Of a stretch of DNA of 12,186 bases, positions 7,769 through 12,186 are shown piece by piece. The notes under the pieces were generated by a model. The model did not search any database, was not told the DNA's origin, and saw nothing but the letters and a program-made list of their open reading frames with translations. A program made the translations under genes and the position numbers. The stretch lies in contig CAZHPN010000177.1 of assembly GCA_964534375.1 (NCBI GenBank), positions 1 to 12,186 of the forward strand. Reading direction: 5' to 3'. Every line of letters begins with the position of its first letter. Position 1 is the stretch's first letter. This DNA is from an uncultured bacterium (lineage in GTDB: Bacteria > Lernaellota > Lernaellaia > Lernaellales > Lernaellaceae).

Positions 7769-8737
7769 GTGAAATGCCGCGAGCCGTTGCTCTTGTTTTT
7801 CCTGACGATCGCGTGCGTTGCGACCGCTGTTGCTTGCGGCGGGTCGAACACGATCAGCGTCCGCACCTACTCGACCGTGAACTTCTCCGCCGCCTGGGGC
7901 GACTCGCAGTCGGACGTCTTTGCCGTGGGGTACGATCCGATCGCGGGCGCCGCGGCGATTGTGCATTTCACCGGCAACGAGTGGCGGTTGATGGCGAGCA
8001 ACACGCCGGTGTGGCTGCATAGCGTTTGGGGCAGTTCCGTCTCCGACGTTTTCGCCGTCGGCGGATCGGGTCTCGTGTTGCAGTACGACGGCTCGGTCTG
8101 GGCGCCGATGACGACCGGGGTGTCGCCCGACTTGTACGGCGTTTGGGGCAGTTCGCCGGCGGACGTGTTCGCGGTGGGCTACGAGACGGATACCGACGCC
8201 GCGGCGATTCTGCATTACGACGGGGCCTCGTGGTCGGCGATGCCCAACAGCGTGACCGCAAGTTTGTTCGGCGTCTGGGGCAGCACGACGTCGGACGTTT
8301 TCGCCGTCGGCGGCGTGGGCGCCATCGACCAGGCGCGCTCCGGCGTGATTGTGCACTACGACGGCTCCACCTGGACGCCAATGACCAGCGGCACGACGGC
8401 GTATCTGGCCAACATTTCTGGCATTTCCGCCACGGACGTGTTCGCCGTGGGCTGCTGCGACGCGAACGATGAGAGCGTGATTCTGCATTACAACGGTTCG
8501 ACTTGGTCGCCGATGTCGCACGCCGCGACCGAGCAACTCAACGGCATTTGGGAAGTCTCCGGCACGGACGCGTACGCGGTGGGCAACGCGGGCCTCCTGT
8601 TGCACTACAACGGGTCGTCGTGGTCGCCGGTGACGACGGGCACGATCCAGGATCTGTTTGGCGTCTGGGCCGCCGCCGGCACGAACGTCTTCGCCACGGG
8701 CACGGCGGGAGCGCTTGTGCAAGTGAGCGGGCAGTAG
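7769..8737 (+). CDS. Lipoprotein, predicted 7-bladed beta-propeller (paralog 2)
   Basis: GTG 7769 follows GAGGTG. Signal peptide (M)KCREPLLLFFLTIACVATAVAC. Seven DVFAVG-type repeats. Stop TAG at 8735-8737. Confidence 0.85.
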   Translation: MKCREPLLLFFLTIACVATAVACGGSNTISVRTYSTVNFSAAWGDSQSDVFAVGYDPIAGAAAIVHFTGNEWRLMASNTPVWLHSVWGSSVSDVFAVGGSGLVLQYDGSVWAPMTTGVSPDLYGVWGSSPADVFAVGYETDTDAAAILHYDGASWSAMPNSVTASLFGVWGSTTSDVFAVGGVGAIDQARSGVIVHYDGSTWTPMTSGTTAYLANISGISATDVFAVGCCDANDESVILHYNGSTWSPMSHAATEQLNGIWEVSGTDAYAVGNAGLLLHYNGSSWSPVTTGTIQDLFGVWAAAGTNVFATGTAGALVQVSGQ

Positions 8738-8750
8738 CGGGAAGCGAGAC

Positions 8751-8880
8751 GTCAGAAGACAGAAGACAGAAGTCAGAATCCGGAATGGACGAAGGAAAAG
8801 TCAGAAGCGAGAAGGATGACGCCGGAACCCGGCCCCGCGTTTGCGGCCGGTATTTTGTCTTCTGTCTTCTGACTTCTGTC
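8751..8880. repeat. Heptamer repeats G(T/A)CAGAA x4 (8751-8778) with an inverted block TTCTG(T/A)C x4 (8853-8880)
   Basis: 8751-8771 gtcagaagacagaagacagaa is complementary to 8853-8873 at 20 of 21 positions; the remaining pair is G-T. Confidence 0.85.
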
Positions 8881-9813
8881 TGCTTGCCGCTTCTCCTCCT
8901 CGCCTGCGGCTCCGCCCACCACAGCAGTTCCGGCAGCCAACCGGCCGACGACGACAGCGGCCCGTCGTGGACGCCGATGACCAACCCAACGATGGCCGCG
9001 TTGCTGAGCATTTGGGGCAGTTCCGCCGACGACGTGTTCGCGGTGGGCTACGATTCCTCGGGTACGTGCGTGATTGTGCACTACGACGGCGGCGCGTGGT
9101 CGCCGATGACGAGCGGCACGCAAAATGAGTTGTACGGCGTTTGGGGAAGCTCCGCCGCGGACGTGTTCGCGGTCGGCGAACTTGGGACGATTCTCCACTA
9201 CGGCGGCTCGGCGTGGTCGGCGATGTCCAGCGGCACGACGGAAGAATTGTACGCCGTTTGGGGCAGCGCGCCCTCGGACGTCTTCGCCGTCGGCACGGCC
9301 GGCGTCATCTTCCGCTACAACGGCGCCTCGTGGTCGGCGATGACGGACACCGTCACGACGGTGGAGTTGTACGGCGTCGGCGGGAACTCGGCCACGGACG
9401 TGTTCGCGGTGGGCGAAACCGGCACGATCTTGCACTATGACGGATCCGCGTGGTCGACGATGGCGAGCGGGACGACGGCGACCCTGTGGGGCGTGTGGGG
9501 CGACGGCCCCGCGGGCGCGATCGCCGTCGGCTTCGATGCCAGCGCGGGCGCCGGCGTGACCGTGCAATACAACGGCGCCTCGTGGTCGGCGACATCGATC
9601 GCGACGGCCGGCCAATTGGTCGGCGTCTGGGGTTTCTCCGCCGCGAGCGCGTGGACCGTCGGCGACGACGGCACGATCCTCTACTTCAATGGCGCCGGCT
9701 GGACGGCCATGACGAGCGGAATTTCGACGAATTTGTCCGGCGTTTGGGGCAGCTCCGCCACGGACGTTTTCGCCGTCGGCGACTCTGGAGTCATCCTCCA
9801 TTACCGAGGGTGA
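8785..9813 (+). CDS. Lipoprotein, predicted 7-bladed beta-propeller (paralog 3); start uncertain
   Basis: ATG 8785 is the in-frame ATG just upstream of the hydrophobic segment ending in lipobox LLAC. A short ADDDSGP linker precedes seven DVFAVG-type repeats. Stop TGA at 9811-9813. Confidence 0.82.
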   Translation: MDEGKVRSEKDDAGTRPRVCGRYFVFCLLTSVCLPLLLLACGSAHHSSSGSQPADDDSGPSWTPMTNPTMAALLSIWGSSADDVFAVGYDSSGTCVIVHYDGGAWSPMTSGTQNELYGVWGSSAADVFAVGELGTILHYGGSAWSAMSSGTTEELYAVWGSAPSDVFAVGTAGVIFRYNGASWSAMTDTVTTVELYGVGGNSATDVFAVGETGTILHYDGSAWSTMASGTTATLWGVWGDGPAGAIAVGFDASAGAGVTVQYNGASWSATSIATAGQLVGVWGFSAASAWTVGDDGTILYFNGAGWTAMTSGISTNLSGVWGSSATDVFAVGDSGVILHYRG

Positions 9814-9820
9814 GCGAGGA

Positions 9821-9841
9821 GTCAGAAGTCAGAAATCAGAA
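9821..9841 (+). repeat. Heptamer tandem repeat GTCAGAA x3
   Basis: gtcagaa gtcagaa atcagaa, the same unit as at 8751-8778. Confidence 0.7.
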
Positions 9842-9854
9842 GAAGGGAATCTCG

Positions 9855-11057
9855 TTGAAATCGAGCGTTTCTCCATCGCTGACGTCGGTGGTTGCGGCGC
9901 TGGTCTTACTCGCGGCGGTTTTCGGTTGCGCGAACAGCGCGAACAGCAGCCACGCGCCACCGGCGACGGGCGATGACGACGCGTCCCCCGGCGACGACGA
10001 CGATGTGTCGCCGAGCGATGACGACTCGTCGCCCGACGACGACGATCTTTCGCCGGCCGACGACGATATCTCCCCCGCGGACGACGACGTTTCGCCCGAC
10101 GACGACGACGTTTCGCCTGCCGACGACGACGCCTCCCCCGCCGACGACGATGCTTCGCCGGCCGACGACGACGCGTCGCCGACGGATGACGACACCGTCC
10201 TCGATCCCGGTTTTGTCCGGGTCGATCACGGCACGTTCACCATGGGCAGCCCGGTCGATGAACCCGGCCGGAACTATGACGAAGTGCAGCACCCGGTCAC
10301 GCTCACGCACGACTTTGAGATGCTCGCCCTGCCGATCCAGCAAAACGACTTCATCGACCTGATGGGCTACAACCCGAGCTACTTTCAAAGTTGCGGCGGG
10401 CAATGCCCCGTGGAAAGCGTCAGTTGGTTCGACGCCCTCGCGTACGCCGACCAACGGTCCGCCGCCGCCGGCCTGACGCCGTGCTTCGTCTTCGCCGACG
10501 TGCAATGCGCCGACGGCACGATCGCCGGCGCCAATTATCTCGGCTGCATGAACGCCGCGCAGCGCGGCATCGCCCTGGCCGAGGTTTCCTTGAGCGGGGT
10601 CTCCTCGGTTTACGATTGCGCCGGCTTCCGCCTGCCGACCGAGGCGGAGGCCGAATTCGCCGAGCGATCCGGCACGACGACGGCGTTTTACTCCGGGCCC
10701 ATTACCTATCCGACCGGGTGCTCGCCGGTCGATCCCAACCTCAATCTGATCGGCTGGTATTGCGGCAACGACGATGTCATGCCCGCGGCAGTCGGCATGA
10801 AAGTACCGAACGCCCTCGGGATCTACGACATGAGCAGCGACGTCTGGCAGTGGACCTGGGACGAATACGGCTCCTACCCCACCGGCCCGGTCACGAATCC
10901 GGAAGGCCCGGCGAGCAACCCGTTGCCGCGTTGGACCGGCCGCGGCGGCAGCTTCAACAACCCGGCGGAGTACTGCCGGTCGGCGTTCCGTTTCAACTGG
11001 ACCGCCGGCGAAGACAACGCCAGCGTCGGCTTCCGCATCGCGAAGTCGTTGAACTGA
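9855..11057 (+). CDS. Lipoprotein with Asp-rich repeat stalk and FGE-sulfatase (SUMF1/CLec-fold) domain; start TTG 9855 or GTG 9810
   Basis: Lipobox VFGC after a hydrophobic stretch. FGE-family motifs: GTFTMGS..E..R..DE.QHPVTL, CPVESVSWFDA, FRLPTEAE, PNALGIYDM..VWQW, RGGSF, VGFR. GAAGGGA lies upstream of TTG 9855; the alternative GTG 9810 overlaps the previous stop (GTGA). Confidence 0.88.
   Translation: MKSSVSPSLTSVVAALVLLAAVFGCANSANSSHAPPATGDDDASPGDDDDVSPSDDDSSPDDDDLSPADDDISPADDDVSPDDDDVSPADDDASPADDDASPADDDASPTDDDTVLDPGFVRVDHGTFTMGSPVDEPGRNYDEVQHPVTLTHDFEMLALPIQQNDFIDLMGYNPSYFQSCGGQCPVESVSWFDALAYADQRSAAAGLTPCFVFADVQCADGTIAGANYLGCMNAAQRGIALAEVSLSGVSSVYDCAGFRLPTEAEAEFAERSGTTTAFYSGPITYPTGCSPVDPNLNLIGWYCGNDDVMPAAVGMKVPNALGIYDMSSDVWQWTWDEYGSYPTGPVTNPEGPASNPLPRWTGRGGSFNNPAEYCRSAFRFNWTAGEDNASVGFRIAKSLN
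9972..10196 (+). repeat. Coding ~21-bp tandem repeat, about 10 units of DDDxSPx
   Basis: DDDASPG DDDDVSPS DDDSSPD DDDLSPA DDDISPA DDDVSPD DDDVSPA DDDASPA DDDASPA DDDASPT DDDT. Confidence 0.92.
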
Positions 11058-11935
11058 TGCGCGAAGGCAAAGCCAGCCTCACCGCCGAATTCATTGCGCT
11101 GTTCCGCGCCCTGGAGACCGTGCGCCGGCCGCCGGAGCGGCGGCTGTTTTGCGACCCGCTCGCCCGGGCTTTTCTTGGTTGGCATTTGCGGCTGGTCGTG
11201 CTCCTGGCGCAGGCGCCCGTCCTCGGGCCGATCATTTTCCGGTTCATCGATCGCCGGTGGCCGGCCGCGCTGGCCTCCGCGGTCGCCCGCACGCGCTACA
11301 TCGACGACGCCCTGCTCGCCGCAATCCACGACGGGGCGCAACAGGTCGTCATCCTCGGCGCGGGCTTCGACGCGCGGGCTTATCGCTTCCGCGGCCTCGA
11401 GCGCCTGCGGGTCTACGAGGTCGACCACCCCGATACGCAAATCGCCAAGATCGCGCGGCTGAAGCCGGCCCTGGGCGCCCTGCCCCCGCACGTCTGCTTC
11501 GTGCCCGCCGATTTCACCCGTGACGGCCTCGCCGCCGCCATGGCCGCCGCCGGCTACGCGCCCGCGGTCAAGACCTTTTTCCTGTGCGAAGGCGTACTCA
11601 GTTACCTTACGCCGGAGGCGGCCGACGCCCTGCTCCGCTGGGTCGGCCGCGCCGCCCCGGCCGGCAGCAAGATCGTCTTCACCTACACCGACATCGGGGC
11701 GACCTTCACGGCGCAGGAGGCGCTGCAGGCGCGGCGTTTGCTGGCGACCCTGAGCCGGATCGGCGAGAACTTCCAATTCGGCCTCGCCCGCGACCAACTG
11801 CCGGCGTACCTGGGCGAGCGCGGGTTGGCCGTGGGCGAGGATGTCGCGCTCGGCGACCTCAACGTGCGTTATCTCGGGCCGGCCGTCGCCAAAGGTTCGG
11901 AGCGATCGCGCATCGCCGTCGCCGAAGTTGTTTGA
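11057..11935 (+). CDS. Class I SAM-dependent methyltransferase, leucine-carboxyl-methyltransferase (LCM/TIGR00027-like) family
   Basis: The ATG overlaps the upstream stop (TGATG). Motifs: ASLTA..IALFRALE, DPLA..F, ARTRYIDD, QVVILGAGFDARAYR, YEVDHP, VPADF, EGVLSYL. Confidence 0.9.
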   Translation: MREGKASLTAEFIALFRALETVRRPPERRLFCDPLARAFLGWHLRLVVLLAQAPVLGPIIFRFIDRRWPAALASAVARTRYIDDALLAAIHDGAQQVVILGAGFDARAYRFRGLERLRVYEVDHPDTQIAKIARLKPALGALPPHVCFVPADFTRDGLAAAMAAAGYAPAVKTFFLCEGVLSYLTPEAADALLRWVGRAAPAGSKIVFTYTDIGATFTAQEALQARRLLATLSRIGENFQFGLARDQLPAYLGERGLAVGEDVALGDLNVRYLGPAVAKGSERSRIAVAEVV

Positions 11936-11991
11936 GGGGTTGGCGCGGGCGCTCCATCAGCGCGCGATCTCGGCCGCGTTTGTGCGCGTGA

Positions 11992-12018
11992 GTCGAATAG
12001 GTCCCATGTGTCCTATGA
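11992..12018 (+). repeat. Nonamer tandem repeat (GTCCYATRN-like x3)
   Basis: gtcgaatag gtcccatgt gtcctatga, the same family as 2215-2250. Confidence 0.55.
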
Positions 12019-12113
12019 GCCTCTTGCAAGAATGGCAGTTCGATAATCGGCATTTCGCGTGGACCTCTCCCCCGGCCACGCTCCGCGTGGCCGCGCCCCT
12101 CCCCGACGCAGGG
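12018..12113 (+). repeat. REP/MITE-like palindromic element, copy 2
   Basis: About 89% identical to the reverse complement of 2006-2101. The hairpin ggccacgc-tcc-gcgtggcc is intact; the final cccctcccc hairpin lacks most of its right arm. Confidence 0.85.
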
Positions 12114-12186
12114 CATAGGCTTTAGGATAAGGAGCGGCGACGCTTGGAAAAGCGGATTTGCCTAATCCTTTCTCGGCGGGCGCAGA

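Noticed and set aside
6744..10196. CRISPR-like array from the periodic DNA repeats
   Set aside because: The repeats are in-frame protein repeats with synonymous variation. There are no identical direct repeats with unique spacers and no cas genes.
10940..11057. Diversity-generating retroelement with the FGE/CLec C-terminus as variable repeat
   Set aside because: I found no second copy (template repeat), reverse transcriptase or Avd in the window. The next gene overlaps the stop codon, leaving no intergenic room for the usual downstream hairpin.
2006..12113. Composite transposon bounded by the inverted 96-bp elements
   Set aside because: No transposase or recombinase and no evident target-site duplication, and the cargo includes the housekeeping gene speA. 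Independent dispersed repeats are the simpler explanation.

Overview
GC-rich bacterial window with nine supportable CDSs. On the left are a 5'-truncated alpha/beta-hydrolase-like gene (+), a hairpin- and repeat-rich convergent intergenic region, then speA (biosynthetic arginine decarboxylase) and a PEGA-domain exported protein (both -). Divergent from these is a + strand cluster of five predicted lipoproteins: one with an Asp-rich linker and a carbohydrate-binding-like jelly-roll domain, three tandem paralogous 7-repeat 'VWG..DVFAVG' beta-propellers with hypervariable loops, and a non-catalytic FGE-sulfatase (CLec-fold) protein on a (DDDxSPx)n stalk. The cluster ends in a translationally coupled LCM-type SAM methyltransferase. 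Three non-coding patterns stand out: a ~96-bp palindromic REP-like element as an inverted pair ~10 kb apart plus a third variant (all in sense orientation downstream of a stop codon), heptamer tandem repeats right after four stop codons (one set paired with an inverted copy inside a signal-peptide coding region), and nonamer repeats. I saw no transposase, reverse transcriptase, CRISPR array, tRNA or rRNA. All family calls come from reading motifs by eye, not from database searches.
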